DNA of 64,000 nucleotides, from assembly GCA_965219095.1 (NCBI GenBank), contig CBDCMT010000001.1, forward strand, positions 928,001 through 992,000. Direction: 5' to 3'. Below the pieces are notes generated by a model, which saw only the letters and a program-made list of their open reading frames with translations, did no database searches and was not told the DNA's origin. Positions 28,519-40,363 of this stretch are shown here, in pieces. Made by a program: the position numbers and the translations under genes. The stretch comes from Bdellovibrionales bacterium. Its GTDB lineage: Bacteria > Bdellovibrionota > Bdellovibrionia > Bdellovibrionales > UBA1609. Position 1 is the stretch's first letter. Every line of letters starts with the position of its first letter.

Positions 28519-30807
28519 TTGGGGGTATTGTCAAGGAAGATGAAGAAAATTTTTCTTTTTTTTAGCTTATTAACGCTTCTTGTTATAGTTTTAGCCCTCC
28601 CTTACTATTTTACTTACACTCAGCTCATTGAAGATTTAAAGACTCAGAAATGGCTACCTACGTTAGATATTTATGTTCCTGAAGTCATGCTTAATAGAGG
28701 ACAAAAAATGGATTTAGCTTTGTTTATTAGAAATCTCAAGAACCTAGGTTTTCGCAAAAGAGAAGTTTCAAAAAGACTTTTCGAAAAAGACTATAGTTTG
28801 CTTACAAAAGATGAGTGTAGAGAAAAGATCGATTTAGAAGAAAAAGACAATGTATGCCTTTTCATTTACAATAAGTTTTTACAAATTCTAGTTTTAGATC
28901 AAAACTTAAACATTTCAAACATCTTAAAAGTCTCTTCAAACAATCAAATTTTAGAAACAAAAAGTCTTAACTTTCACCCACAGCTTTTAGCACAAACATC
29001 TCAAGGGAAGTTTGTCTTACAAAATTTCTCTACCTTATCCCAAACACCCCTTTATTGTATTCACTCAACTCTTGCTATCGAAGACCATAGCTTTCTTGAT
29101 CACAAAGGTTTTAATTTGAAGGCTATCTTAAGAGCTTTCACGAGAAATCTGTTAGAAGGGAGGTATGTTCAAGGGGGAAGTACTATAACACAACAGCTTG
29201 TAAAAAATTATTTTTTAACCAATGAAAAAACGATTAAGAGAAAAATAAAGGAGCTGTTTCTGTCCATTCTACTGGAACTTAAAGCCAGTAAGGATCAAAT
29301 TCTAGAAACTTACCTCAATATCATTTACATGGGACAAAAGAAATCCTATGAAATCAGAGGATTCAATTCAGCTTCTTATTTTTACTTTGGAAAACCTTTG
29401 TCATCTTTAAATTTAAGCGAATGTGCTCTTTTGTCTGCTGTGATCAGAAGCCCTGGGACTTATAATCCTTTTCGACATCCTGAGAGAAGCTTAAAAAGAC
29501 GCAACCAAGTTCTACAAAAGATGAAAAATAAAAATTGGATTAATGAAAATCAACTCAAAAAAGCTTCTTCCGTTCCTCTGCCACACCGCTTCTTTAAGAT
29601 TCATACAAATGTCTTTCCTCCTTCTTTAAGCCAAAGTATTGTGGAATTTGTTCATAAAAACCATTCTCAGAAAAAAGGGCTAAAAGTCTTTGTCAATATT
29701 GACCTTCAAGTACAAAAGTGGGCTGAAGACTCTCTTCGAGAAGGGCTTAAACACTTAGAAAAAAAATTTCCTAAGCTAAAAGAAAAGACCCTACAAGCGA
29801 GTCTTATATCTATACACATACCCTCAGCAAAAGTTCTTGCCCTAGTGGGAGGAAGAGACTTTAAAATTAGCCAGTTCAATAGGGTCTTAAAGGCTAAAAG
29901 ACAAATAGGTTCTCTTATGAAGCCTTTTATCTATCTTGCAGGATTTAAAAGTCTTGAAATAAATCCTCTCACTCCATTAAATGATAAACCCTTTGAGTAT
30001 AGCTATAACAAAAAAACTTGGAGGCCTAAAAACTATAAAAACAAATTTTTTGGAAACATACCTCTTTTTTCTTCTCTCATTTATTCTCTCAATGCCTCTA
30101 CAGCTAGATTTGGTTTGGAGAAAGTCGGTTTAGAAAATATTTTATCTGAAATTCAAAAATTAGACCTTCATCAAAACTTAGAAAAGTTACCTTCTATTGT
30201 TTTAGGTGCTTTTACCTTAACGCCTTATGAAGTAGCCCAAATGTACTTGCCTTTAGCAAGACAAGGTCTCACAAAAAAAATTGCTATGATAGATAAAATC
30301 TTAGATAAAAATGACAAAGTTTTATGGGAAAGCTCTCAAAAACAAAAAAAAGCTTTTGATTCCTTAAGAACGGCTCTTGTTTTATCCATCTTAAAACAAA
30401 ACATGATTCATGGCACAGGACAACTAGCTTATTGGCAGAATTTTAGAAGACCTTCTGCGGGAAAAACAGGAACTACAAACAACTCTAAAGACTCATGGTT
30501 TGTAGGTTTTACTCCTGATGTTTTGACTGTGGTGTGGGTGGGTTATGATGATAATACACCCACAGAACTGACAGGAAGTTCCGCAGCCCTACTTCTTTGG
30601 CTTCAGTTTATGAAAAAAGTAAGACCTCTTTATGAGAAAAAAGATTTCCTATGGCCTCAAGAGCTACAGAAAGTTTCTTTTTTTCAAAACATAAAAACAT
30701 CAAAAGTTAAAAAAATGGTGGAACTTTATATCAGAAAAGAAAACAAAGATGAAGTTCTCAAGCTCCTTAAGTTTTGGTACGAAAAAGCTAAGGAAAACTC
30801 AAAATAA
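28519..30807 (+). CDS. mrcB: Class A penicillin-binding protein (PBP1B-like)
   Basis: EDHSF, GGSTITQQLVKN, RKIKE glycosyltransferase motifs; SLMK, SLN, KTG transpeptidase motifs. Confidence 0.88.
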   Translation: MGVLSRKMKKIFLFFSLLTLLVIVLALPYYFTYTQLIEDLKTQKWLPTLDIYVPEVMLNRGQKMDLALFIRNLKNLGFRKREVSKRLFEKDYSLLTKDECREKIDLEEKDNVCLFIYNKFLQILVLDQNLNISNILKVSSNNQILETKSLNFHPQLLAQTSQGKFVLQNFSTLSQTPLYCIHSTLAIEDHSFLDHKGFNLKAILRAFTRNLLEGRYVQGGSTITQQLVKNYFLTNEKTIKRKIKELFLSILLELKASKDQILETYLNIIYMGQKKSYEIRGFNSASYFYFGKPLSSLNLSECALLSAVIRSPGTYNPFRHPERSLKRRNQVLQKMKNKNWINENQLKKASSVPLPHRFFKIHTNVFPPSLSQSIVEFVHKNHSQKKGLKVFVNIDLQVQKWAEDSLREGLKHLEKKFPKLKEKTLQASLISIHIPSAKVLALVGGRDFKISQFNRVLKAKRQIGSLMKPFIYLAGFKSLEINPLTPLNDKPFEYSYNKKTWRPKNYKNKFFGNIPLFSSLIYSLNASTARFGLEKVGLENILSEIQKLDLHQNLEKLPSIVLGAFTLTPYEVAQMYLPLARQGLTKKIAMIDKILDKNDKVLWESSQKQKKAFDSLRTALVLSILKQNMIHGTGQLAYWQNFRRPSAGKTGTTNNSKDSWFVGFTPDVLTVVWVGYDDNTPTELTGSSAALLLWLQFMKKVRPLYEKKDFLWPQELQKVSFFQNIKTSKVKKMVELYIRKENKDEVLKLLKFWYEKAKENSK

Positions 30808-30856
30808 ACCTTATAGAAGGAAATGGACTATGAGAAGAACTTTAGTGTTGTGAAAC

Positions 30857-31470
30857 GACTTTGTTGCATGCTAAGCCTCTGAGCTTAACTAAGGTCTAGC
30901 GATTCATTGATAAACACAAGATGCTTTCCTGTAACCTAAGACCTTAAAAATACAAAATAAGGATGGTTTAGAGGTTTTATGGGAAAATGTTTTTAAAAGA
31001 TCGATTGGAGAAAGATCGATTGGAGAAAGTATAATAAAGAGTTCGTTAAGTGGTGGTATGCCAACTGGCTCTGTCCATTAAAACAATTCCATGATAGTTT
31101 TCTTGAATATTTTTAGATATCTCATCTAAGTGAATTTGCATCATTCCTGAATTACATTCTGGTAAAATCCAAGCACAGCCTTTATCTCTATCCGGACAAA
31201 CTGCTCCAAAAATATAAGTGGATAAAAATTGTCTTTCTCTCACCACTCTAGGCTGTGTGCTGATCTTCCCCTGTTTCTGCGGACAGTCAATTTTCTATAG
31301 ATGTAGAAAAACTTTCTAAAAGAAACAAATAGTTCTCTAAAACTTTTCTAATCAGGGTTTTTAAGTCCCAGCTTTTCAAAAAAAGGCTGGTCATCCATAT
31401 TTTCTTTTTGATAGACACTCTAAAAATTTAACAGAGTTTGATCAAAAATCCAGGACGCTATGCGTTAAAA
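30857..31470. mobile_element. Jumble of IS fragments: IS5/IS903-like start, IS630 internal piece, IS3 left end (31261-31296), IS630 left-end piece
   Basis: GACTTTGTTG end and IDWRKYNKEFVK; YIFGAVCP...MDRASWH; TGATCTTCCCCTGTTTCTGCGGACAG matches 52771-52807; 31410-31470 matches 38205-38260 inverted. Confidence 0.7.
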
Positions 31471-31618
31471 GAATAATGAGAAGCTTTCCTCCAAGCTCTC
31501 TTTCAAGTCTCTTGATGGCATAACTCAAAGCAGCCTGAGTGATCTCTAACATTTCTGAAGCTCTCGTCATGTTAAGAGTACTTGAAATTACAGTAAAATA
31601 GCGAAGATCATCCATCAT
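31470..31618 (-). pseudogene. LysR-type regulator, HTH only, truncated by an IS630 fragment
   Basis: Manual translation MMDDLRYFTVISSTLNMTRASEMLEITQAALSYAIKRLERELGGKL. Confidence 0.8.
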
Positions 31619-31624
31619 TAAAGA

Positions 31625-32082
31625 TTAATTAAATTAACCATGTCTTTTTTCTTTAAGTTTGTAATTTCAGGTAATGTGCAATTATATAACTTGGAGAAAA
31701 AAGAGGGAGGGATTTTTTATGTTCATGGCTTGTCCTAAAAGAAAAGATGGAAATATTGTCTGATTGTATCCTATAGAAAGGAGGGTAAACCTAAATCCAA
31801 AATAGTTCAGAAAAAAAAGGACTAAAGATAGAGGGTGCTATTCGTAATAAGATTACAGTAAATCTTTCAGATGTAGACAAGTGAAGAGCGTCGTAATAAT
31901 GGCTTTAATGACATTCTAGGTTTTACTTACCAACAGTTGGGTTTTAATGATCTCATCCAAGCAGGAAAGAGTTGAGGAGCATTTTGGTAAAAATATAACT
32001 CTCAAACAAATAAAACTTCCTAAATCTCTTAAGGACAGTATTTTGAATAAGAGTAATTACAAAGATGATAAAGTTACAGTCG
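31625..32082 (+). mobile_element. Decayed IS1634-like element flanked by about 20-bp direct repeats
   Basis: AGATCATCCATCATTAAAGA at 31605-31624 and 32083-32102; internal SYRKEGKPKSKIVQ resembles an IS1634 N-terminus. Confidence 0.55.
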
Positions 32083-32204
32083 AGATCATCCATCATTAAA
32101 GAAATAAATATATCTTATTACAATGCTTTATCTAAAGGAGATAGAAACAAAAGAACAAAAAAATAAATTCGAGAGGCATTAAAAGTAGGGAACCCTTTTA
32201 GGCT

Positions 32205-32803
32205 TTAGTCCCTTTATAGCTAGTGCTCAAACTTGCAAAACTTTAGCAAGACAACCTGAGGGTCCTTTTTATCCAGAACATCCTCAAGAAGATACAGACA
32301 ATGACTTAACTCAAGTTTTAGGTCAAAACGGGAATGCTTTAGGCAAAGTTATTAAAATTTCCGGCCAAGTTTTAAGCCAGGATTGTGAGCCTATAAAAGG
32401 AGTTTTAGTGGAAATTTGGCAAGCTAATACCTTTGGTCGCTACAACCATGAAAGAGATTCCAATCCCAAGCCCCTAGATCCAAACTTTCAATACTGGGGA
32501 AAGGCTCTCACTGACGAACAAGGACATTATAGATTCCAGACTAGGCTCTCACTTAAGCCGGGGGCCTACCCTGCCGGAGGTGACTGGATTCGCCCACCAC
32601 ACATTCACTGGAAAATACAAAAAAGAGGCTACCAAGAACTTACCATCCAGACTTACTTTTCTGATGAAGCAGAACTGAATAAAAAAGATCGCATATTAAG
32701 GAGCCTTCCTTTAGCAGAACAAGCTAAAGTAGTGATTGATTTTAAAGAGAGTCTCAATATAAAAGAAGGTGTTTTTAATATTCATCTTAAAGGTTTAATA
32801 TAA
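32205..32803 (+). pseudogene. Intradiol (protocatechuate 3,4-) dioxygenase-like gene with damaged 5' end
   Basis: Frame upstream of the track start reads QPEGPFYP..DTDNDLTQV..ISGQV; EIWQANTFGRY, PGAYP, RPPHIH motifs; no intact start or leader. Confidence 0.8.
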
Positions 32804-32904
32804 TAAATAATAAGGTTTAGATTTTCATGTATGTTCCTTAGAGGTGCTAACCTGAAAATTTAACCCAAAAATAATCATTATAAAAAAAGAAAGGAGAAAA
32901 AAAC

Positions 32905-33180
32905 ATGAAAATAAATAAGAATAAAATCAGTAAACTTTTTGGAGTGTTGGTTGTCGGAGGGGCCATGATAGCTTATGCAAATGACCCTGCTCCTACAGAA
33001 AAAGAAGAGGACTGTGAATTAGAAGTTACACTCAATAATGCATATGATTTTGAGCGTATGGTCCCTAAAAAATACACTACATGTATAGATGACAAGAGTG
33101 ATGAAGAAATTCTTTCTATTATTAAAGAGAAAAAAAAAGCTGCCTGCTACACCCCTCATTGCGGTTGTTGGTTGGGGTGA
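32905..33180 (+). CDS. Small exported protein with C-terminal CYTPHCGCWLG motif
   Basis: Strong AAGGAG RBS, signal peptide ending AYA, acidic core, 5 Cys. Confidence 0.8.
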   Translation: MKINKNKISKLFGVLVVGGAMIAYANDPAPTEKEEDCELEVTLNNAYDFERMVPKKYTTCIDDKSDEEILSIIKEKKKAACYTPHCGCWLG

Positions 33181-33905
33181 TGAAAAAAGGCTATCTAAAA
33201 ATGATTGCTTCGACTTGGGCTCAAAGGGCCCAAGCCGAGCTTAGTGCAGAAGCAAGGTTTAAATTATTAGCAGAAGAACTAACAGATCTAGGTGCAAAAC
33301 AAGAAGTCATTATTTTAACAAAAAAAGCAAAACAAGAGGAGAAAAAGCATGCTCAAATATGCTCTCAAGTTGCTTGTAGCTATGGACATCCCACTGGTTT
33401 TGAATCTTTTTCAGAGCAAAAAACAATAAAAAAAAGCTGGAATCAAAGAATGGTTCCAGAAGAACGTTTATTATGCGAAACCACACTTATGTGCTGTATA
33501 ACAGAGACCATAAATGCAAGCCTTCTTAACTCCATATACATTGCTTCTAAAAATACTTCAACAAGTAAAGTCATTCGAACTATATTAAAAGATGAAGTAA
33601 AACACAGTCAAATAGGATGGGCTCATCTTAGCTCAGAGACACAAAAAAGAAACTGCCAATTTTTAAGTCATTACCTTCGTGAAATGTTAGAAATTTCTGT
33701 GAAAGATGAATTGTTTTTACCAATTTTAGAAGAGAAAGAAGATGAAGGTTTCTTTCATTATGGTGTAATGCCGTTTGCTCTTCGGTTGCAGCAATTTAAA
33801 GATACACTAAATGAAGTTGTGTTTCCTGGATTTGAAAAATTTGGAATTAAAACGTCTCAGGCTAAGAAATGGCTAAAAGAAAAGACTTTGCCACACAGTT
33901 TCTGA
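33180..33905 (+). CDS. Ferritin-like di-iron four-helix-bundle protein
   Basis: RAQAE, EEKKH, CCITE, DEVKH ligand pattern; ATG at 33180 overlaps the upstream TGA (TGATG). Confidence 0.8.
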   Translation: MKKGYLKMIASTWAQRAQAELSAEARFKLLAEELTDLGAKQEVIILTKKAKQEEKKHAQICSQVACSYGHPTGFESFSEQKTIKKSWNQRMVPEERLLCETTLMCCITETINASLLNSIYIASKNTSTSKVIRTILKDEVKHSQIGWAHLSSETQKRNCQFLSHYLREMLEISVKDELFLPILEEKEDEGFFHYGVMPFALRLQQFKDTLNEVVFPGFEKFGIKTSQAKKWLKEKTLPHSF

Positions 33906-34298
33906 AACTTATGAAAACTCTGAAGATAGCCCAGGATCAACTTATTATTGATAAACATGTATAAACAAATATAGTCTGTTTTTAGGCAAGTAGAGACAGT
34001 CTTAATAAGAAACTTTATCTTGAAGCTCTTCTTATTTCATCTAAAAAAGGTTCTTTGATCACTTGGTTCCAAAACTTATACAATAAGAACTCTTTACATA
34101 AATTTCGTAGGAGGTAGCTCAAAAACCTTCTCTTGCCATGTGCATTGCTCCATTAAACGTCAAAAATTCTCGTACTTTGAAGCTTTTAAATAATTTCACC
34201 ATTCCATAATTTTTGCAAAAAAACTTTCCAAGGTAAAATGTTAATTTTTTCTGAAGTGATCCTCTCTTCTTTATCCAAGGAAGTAGCAAAATATTTTT

Positions 34299-35817
34299 GG
34301 CTCCTCTCGGGAATCTGTGGGTGAAAAGTAGTAGAAATCCCCCAAAAAGGCTCATATTAATCAAAGCAAGAGTAAGACATTCTATCTTGTATTTTTGAGT
34401 TCTTTGAGGCCTTACTGGCCTCTATCACCTCCGGTGATTGAACTCAAAAACATTCATTTTATTTGCTTTTATTTGTTGTGTTACATTAAAATTTTAAAAA
34501 AGAAGCACCTACTTCCCAGATGCCTTAAAATGTTATTCAAAAAAAAAAAAAGGAGGGAAGAGATGCTTTTGAAGACTATACTAAATGATTGTTTAAGATG
34601 GAAGTCTTTTGTATACGGAGACATTTATTTTTCAAAAGATAGAAAGTCAATTAATGTTCCTATTAAGGCTCGTAAAAATGGCCAAGCTTTTTGTAGTGTT
34701 TGTAAGAAGCCCTGTTCAGTGTATGACAGCAGTAAATCATCACGGGACTTTGAATCCCTTCCTATTTTAAGTTACAGGGTGTTTTTTGTTTATTTTGTAA
34801 GAAGAGTTAATTGTCCTTGCTGTGGGGTAAAAGTTGAGTATTTACCTTGGGCCGATGGTAAGAAGAGTTTAACGATCTTTTACATGAAGTATTTAGCAGA
34901 CTGGTGTCGTCACCTGTCTTGGAAAGAGGTTTCTTGTAAGTTTCATGTCAGTTGGAATCAGGTCTATGCTTCGGTAGAATGGGTCGTAGAATATGGTTTA
35001 AAACAAAGGGTTTTAAAGTGAATACAAGCTATAGGTGTAGATGAAATACAATGGAAAAAGAACCATCAGTATCTCACCTTAGTCTATGAAATAAGCAAAG
35101 AAAGTGTTCGTTTGCTATGGATAGGAGAAAAAAGAACAGAAAAGAGTTTTAGAAAATTCTTTGATTTACTAGGAGAGAAGTCAAAAGATATACGGTTTGT
35201 GTGTTCTGATATGTGGAAGCCTTATTTAAAAGTCATAAAGGAGAGGGCAAGTGGAGCTTTACACATATTAGATCGGTTTCATATCGTAGCAAGACTCAAT
35301 AAGGCTTTAGACGAAGTGAGAGCTTCAGAACACAAAAAAATGAAAGAAGACGGGTATGAACCCCTTTTAACAAAAGCTAGATGGCCCTTGTTAAAAAATG
35401 CAGAAAATTTAAAATCTTATGAAAAAGTAAAATTAAGGCATTTAATACAGTACAATTTAAAAAGTATCCGCTGTTATTTTTTAAAAGAAGACTTCCGACA
35501 GTTATGGACCTATGTTTCACCAACTTGGGCTGGTAAATTTATAGACAGTTGGACGAGACGAGTCATGCTTTCAAAAATTGAACCTATGAAAAGAGAAGCA
35601 AAAACCATACGAAGACATAAGCTACTTATTCTTAATTACTTCAAGGCTAAAAAAACCTTCTCCTCAGGGATTGTAGAGGGTTTAAACAACAAAGTAAAAC
35701 TCACTATGAGAAAATCTTACGGCTTTAGAACCTCTAAAGCTATAAAAATCGCCTTATATCATAACCTTGGAAAACTGCCAGAACCTCCGGAAACCCACAG
35801 ATTCTTTTGAGGAGGCC
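34299..35817 (+). mobile_element. ISL3-family element, transposase inactivated by one in-frame TGA (35019-35021); left end approximate
   Basis: Zn-finger CxxC pairs, IGVDE directly after the stop, CSDMW, LDRFH, VEGLNNKVK; ends GGCTCCTC..GAATCTGTGGG / CCCACAGATTCTTTTGAGGAGGCC. Confidence 0.88.
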
Positions 35818-36051
35818 AAAACTTAAAAAAGCTAAAAGTTGCTAAAAAATTGGGATCAAAAGTTGCCTTTAATAATGCAGGAGTCCTACTTTTTTCAAAA
35901 GACCTGGAAGATATTTATCTTCATACAAAAGTATCATGTGTGCTTTTTAAGGGGACAGAAAAAATTAAAGTTCTCGATAGAAAGATTTTTAATAAAGATA
36001 TTTTGAGTAGTGTTGAAGAAGCTCTTGTATTTCTAGAAAAACATTTGCGGT

Positions 36052-37446
36052 GAGGATGTCCCATTTCTCGGTGGAATTAGTTAGAGGGCGATTTCATGTT
36101 TAAGCGACCTTTCTTTGTTTTGCAACCATTTTTTCTAAGTTTTCTTTAAAGTTTTTTAAATACATAAAGCCTCTGATTCGTTTAAATCTTTTCTCAGCAT
36201 CAAAGAGAGTAACAGCAGCCCAACGACTCACTTGGTCTGCTCCTCTTTTCCAGTTCTTAACTCTCCCTGTTCTATACCTTGTGTAGGAAAACATGGACTC
36301 TATAGGATTTGTAGACAGTAAAGTCTTTTTTAAGGAGGGGGTAGCTTTAAGACGAATCACAGTCAAAGTCTCCTTACAAGCTTCTTCAAGAGATTCTAAA
36401 GCTGAATGGTTGATCTGTTTCAACCAACAAACTAACTCCTCATGCTCTTTCAAAGCCGATTCATAATCTACTGAACCATGAAGTCTTTTCCAACGAATGC
36501 GAAACTCTTGATGTCTTTCTTTTGGCAAATAATTGAGGATATTTCTTTCTTTGTGACGAATGCAACGTTGAACAACAGACTTTTTTCCCCAAACTGCCTT
36601 GATAGCCTTCCTTAGAGCTTTAGAACCATCAATAACAAAAAGATAGCCCTTATCTGAATCCATACCTCTAGAAACAAGGTTCTCTAAAAGATCTTTTGTC
36701 AGCTCGCAATTTTCTGTAGTTCCTTCTCGTAACCCTATAATGTGCTTTTTGCCCGTCACGTCGATACCTAAAGCAACCACCACTGTACGATCTCCAAAGC
36801 CTACTCCATCTATCATGACTGAAACAAACTCATGCTTAGACAAGTCCTTAGAGCTTATCTCATCTAAAGCCTTCTTAGAGGAATTTACAAAAGCTCTAGA
36901 AACAGAACTCTTCTTAACTCCTGTGCCACCAGAGATCTCCTCTAAAAGAGGATCGTAGTCCCTTGTTGAAACTCCATGGAGAAGGTGGTTCTGAATCTTT
37001 TCAGTGAAAACATCGTAGTTTCTCAAAGCAGAGTATGTTCGCAGTTTGACATCTTTTCCGTCTTTTTTAACTCTGGGCTTTCGAATCGAAACTCTTTGTC
37101 CTTGAGCATAAACAGACCCAGGATCGCTTCCATTTCGCATGCATTCTTCCTCTCGATCGTATAGTGGACCACAGAGCTTAGTGACTTCGTCATTAAATAT
37201 CCAGTAGATTACGTCAAGAATTCTATGCTTCATATAGTTATGAACAGCATCTTGAATCTCCTTGTGATCCGATAGTTCTTGAATTGATATTTTTTCTTTT
37301 GTATTCTTCATTTTGGACTCCTTTTGTTTAATTTTTAATTCATTCTAAATATTTATTAAATCCTAGGTGGACTTAAAAATCCACCAGGGAGTCCTCTTAT
37401 CTGCTCCATTTTTGAACAGAATTCCACCGAGAAATGGGACATCCTC
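36052..37446 (-). mobile_element. IS256-family element, intact, transposase 36100..37311
   Basis: IRs GAGGATGTCCCATTTCTCGGTGGAATT at both ends; 8-bp TSD TTTGCGGT; GVSTR, MIDG, QRCIRHK, STNPIES motifs. Confidence 0.95.
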
Positions 37447-37841
37447 TTTGCGGTTGGAATATAGAATTATTTCTGGAAAAATTCGGAGGGAGGAAATTTT
37501 AGAGATCCCTGAAAAAGCTCTGAGAGAAGCACTTATTAATGCAGTAACCCATAGAGATTATTGGAGCAAAGGTCATATCTCTGTTGAAATCTATGATGAT
37601 AGAGTAGAAATTACCAATTTGGGAGGGCTTCCTAAAGGCTTAGATAAAAAAGATTTTGGTGAAATAAGTGTGCCCCGAAATTTGCTCATCGCCGGGTTAA
37701 TGCAAAAAGCAGGGTATATTGAAGATGTAGGAATGGGAATTAAGAAAATGAGAGCTTTAGTAAAAAAAGCAGGGCTCCCGTCTATTCGATTTAAGTTTGG
37801 TAACTTTTTTACCATTATATTTCCTCGAAAGTCTCTTTATG

Positions 37842-37930
37842 AAAATGTCCCTAATAAAATGCCCAAAAATGTCCCTAATAAAATGCCCAAAAATGTCCCT
37901 AATAAAATGCCCAAAAATGTCCCTAATAAA
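37842..37930 (+). repeat. 24-bp tandem repeat x3.7 (NVPNKMPK)
   Basis: Directly visible. Confidence 0.9.
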
Positions 37931-38171
37931 GCCTTTGATCAATTGGATGCAAAAGGGGGAAGATTGCATAAGCTGTTAAAAATGCTAGAAAATATAGATT
38001 TTGGCACATTCTCTCCCATTGATTTTGCCAATAAACAGAGTTCTACCTTAAAGACAGTTAAAAGAGATTTGAGATTTTTAAAGGAAAAAGGCTTTATCTC
38101 TGTAAAGGGAAAAACCAAAGCTGCACAATACAAAGTCACCGAAAAATACAAAAAGCTAAAAAAGAAGCTCT

Positions 38172-38436
38172 AATACCATTTCCAAAAATTAATTCGACAT
38201 TTTTTTTAACGCATAGCGTCCTGGCTTTTTAATCAAACTCTGCTACATTTTTAGAGTGTCGTCGAAAAAAGATTTAGTTACACAGATTCAAGGGTATGAT
38301 TTTCTAGCTACTTACAAAGTGGAAAGAAGTGCCAACATCAAGATAAAACTTCAAGCTTTGCACCATATGCAAAAAGGAAAATCGATTCAAGAAACAGCAG
38401 GTATAGTTTTGTATCACCGTCACAGTATCAAATCCT
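38172..38436 (+). mobile_element. IS630-like left end and transposase N-terminus, truncated by IS1634
   Basis: Starts at the TA of the upstream stop; IKLQALHHMQKGKSIQETA HTH; homologous relics at 31410-31470, 40364-40460 and 46075-46210. Confidence 0.6.
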
Positions 38437-40363
38437 CCTGACTTCGACACAACACACTGCAACAAGTGAATAATTTCAAATAGTTACAATTTTTGGGGCC
38501 ACAGGAAAGGGTTTTTTAAAGGTCGACAGATGTTGTGGGAATGAGGCTCATAGAAGAGTTTCTTTTAAGCGAAAAAGCACTATAAATTTCTTCTACTTCC
38601 TTTGTACAACCTGAGGGAAGGCGATAAAGTTTTTTCGTCTTTTTTTCTTCTAAAATACTGTACTGATCTCTTTTTAAGATCTTTCTCATTCTTTCAAAGC
38701 TTAAATTAAGTCCTGCTTGTTTGAGTTTATAAACCATTGTGTAAGAGATCGCATAGGCTAAAAAACAAATGGCAATGTGAGTTTCTATTCTTCTTTTTTT
38801 CCAATGATAAACAGGCCTCATTTTTAACGTCGTCTTATTCACTCTAAAAGCCTCTTCTATTCTCCAAAGACTTCTGTAACGACTTAAAAGCTCACTGGCT
38901 GTCTTGTTTTGAACATTTGTTATAATTCCATGAAGACCGTCCCACAAAGCTTCTTTTTCCATTTTCTCCTCATCTATGGTCACTTTCACATCGTCAACTT
39001 TAATAAAACGTTTGGTTCCATGATTGGAGATCAACTGACTCACAGGAATCTCCTTGTTTCTTACTTTCTTCATCAAACGATTGATCAAACGCTCTCTTTG
39101 ATTTTGATCTCTTTTGGCTCTTTTGTTTGAATAACTGACTATCAATCTTTTTCCTTCATGCTCTAGCTCTTTCACCCAAAAAAGATGAGACGTATCACAA
39201 GCCACTTGGGTGGGCTTATAGTTTTTATAACTTAAAACCTCTTCTTTTTTCTTGCTAGAAAGGGATTTTAACTTTGCAGCCACAACATACTCTATCCCCA
39301 TCTTATCCATAGTCTCTAAATTCTTTCTTACAAACATAGCTCTATCAGCTACTAAAACAGCTCTTCTTACATTAAAACGAGTCTTTAGCTTATTTATAGA
39401 CTCTACCAGTGTAGCCCCCTCACTTGTATTGCCCGGAAAAAGTTCATAGCTTATAGGATGCCCTTGTGAGTTTGTCATAAGTGCCAAAACAACCTGTGTC
39501 TCTTTAAATTTACAATCTTTACTAAAACCAAACCTGCGAATCTCATCCTCTGAAAAGCTCTCAAAATACAAGCTCCTCACATCATAAAGCAAAACATCCA
39601 CCTCATGGTTAAACAAAGACAAGGTGTTCTCAGATACCTTTTTCTTCGAGGTCTCAATAAAAGGATAAAAACGATCCATAGCCCTATAAACTTTCTCTAA
39701 AGGAATCTGTCGGTTAAAATCTTCAAAAAGTGTTTCTACACTACCTCTTTTTGATTCTGGATTAAAAACTCTTGATAAAACACAGTGCTTTAAAAAATCA
39801 TTCCACTCTAAATCTTTCTTTGTACCCTCAATCAAATTTACAAAACCTAACTCAGCATAAAGCTCATTAAAAACTTTCTCAATACCACAAACAACACGCT
39901 TTTTCTCCTCTAAAATACTGCCTGAAAACTGGAAATCTTTCTCACTCTTTTTTTTCTTCTCTTTCTTCTTCTCCTTAGGCCTTCTACCATAAACTAGCTT
40001 CTCACAACCTGAAAGCACAGGATTTCTTTGATTCTTAATGTCTATGATCAACTCTTCTGCTAACTTCTTAGCTTTTTTAACTTCCTTATCACTTGCAAAA
40101 ATACCCATAGAACGAATGGTCTTTTGTACACACTTCCCCTTAAGCCAAACAGACTCTACAATCCGTACACTTTTTTTACCCTTAGACTTTGATGTTACTT
40201 TTACAAACATTCTTTAAAAAGGCTAAACAACTTTTGCAAACTTGTAAAATGGGCCGGGGCCACAGAAACAACCTAAAACCTGTGTATAACTCCTTCAACT
40301 AAAAACTAGAGGCAAAAGAACGGAAATATTTTTTTTAACTCACTGTGTTGTGTCGAAGTCAGG
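38437..40363 (-). mobile_element. IS1634-family element, transposase 38516..40210
   Basis: IRs CCTGACTTCGACACAACACA; LLYDVRSLYFES, GFSKD, VADRAM, YRSLWRIEEAFR, RPVYHW; no adjacent TSD. Confidence 0.92.

Larger units (their letters stand above)
35818..38173 (+). pseudogene. AlbA_2/RecG-like ATP-binding-HTH protein, 5' end lost and split by IS256
   Basis: NAGVLLFSK...FLEKHLR joins LEYRI...ALREALINAVTHRDY...IYDDRVEITNLGGLP...PRN once IS256 is removed. Confidence 0.8.

Noticed and set aside
30997..31028. 15-bp tandem duplication AAGATCGATTGGAGA
   Set aside because: Local slippage within an IS relic; no evidence of function
33950..34298. Possible gene in the minus-strand ORF 34119..34364
   Set aside because: Chimera of the ISL3 end and what look like degraded ATPase fragments; no coherent product
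34395..34562. Extended N-terminus of the ISL3 transposase
   Set aside because: AGGAGG RBS points to ATG at 34563; the upstream part is non-coding IS end
37367..37446. N-terminus of the 268-aa track ORF
   Set aside because: These codons are IS256 end sequence fused by chance to the interrupted gene
37757..37979. Short ORFs with GHFIRDIF / KCPKMSLI repeats
   Set aside because: Alternative frames of the 24-bp repeat
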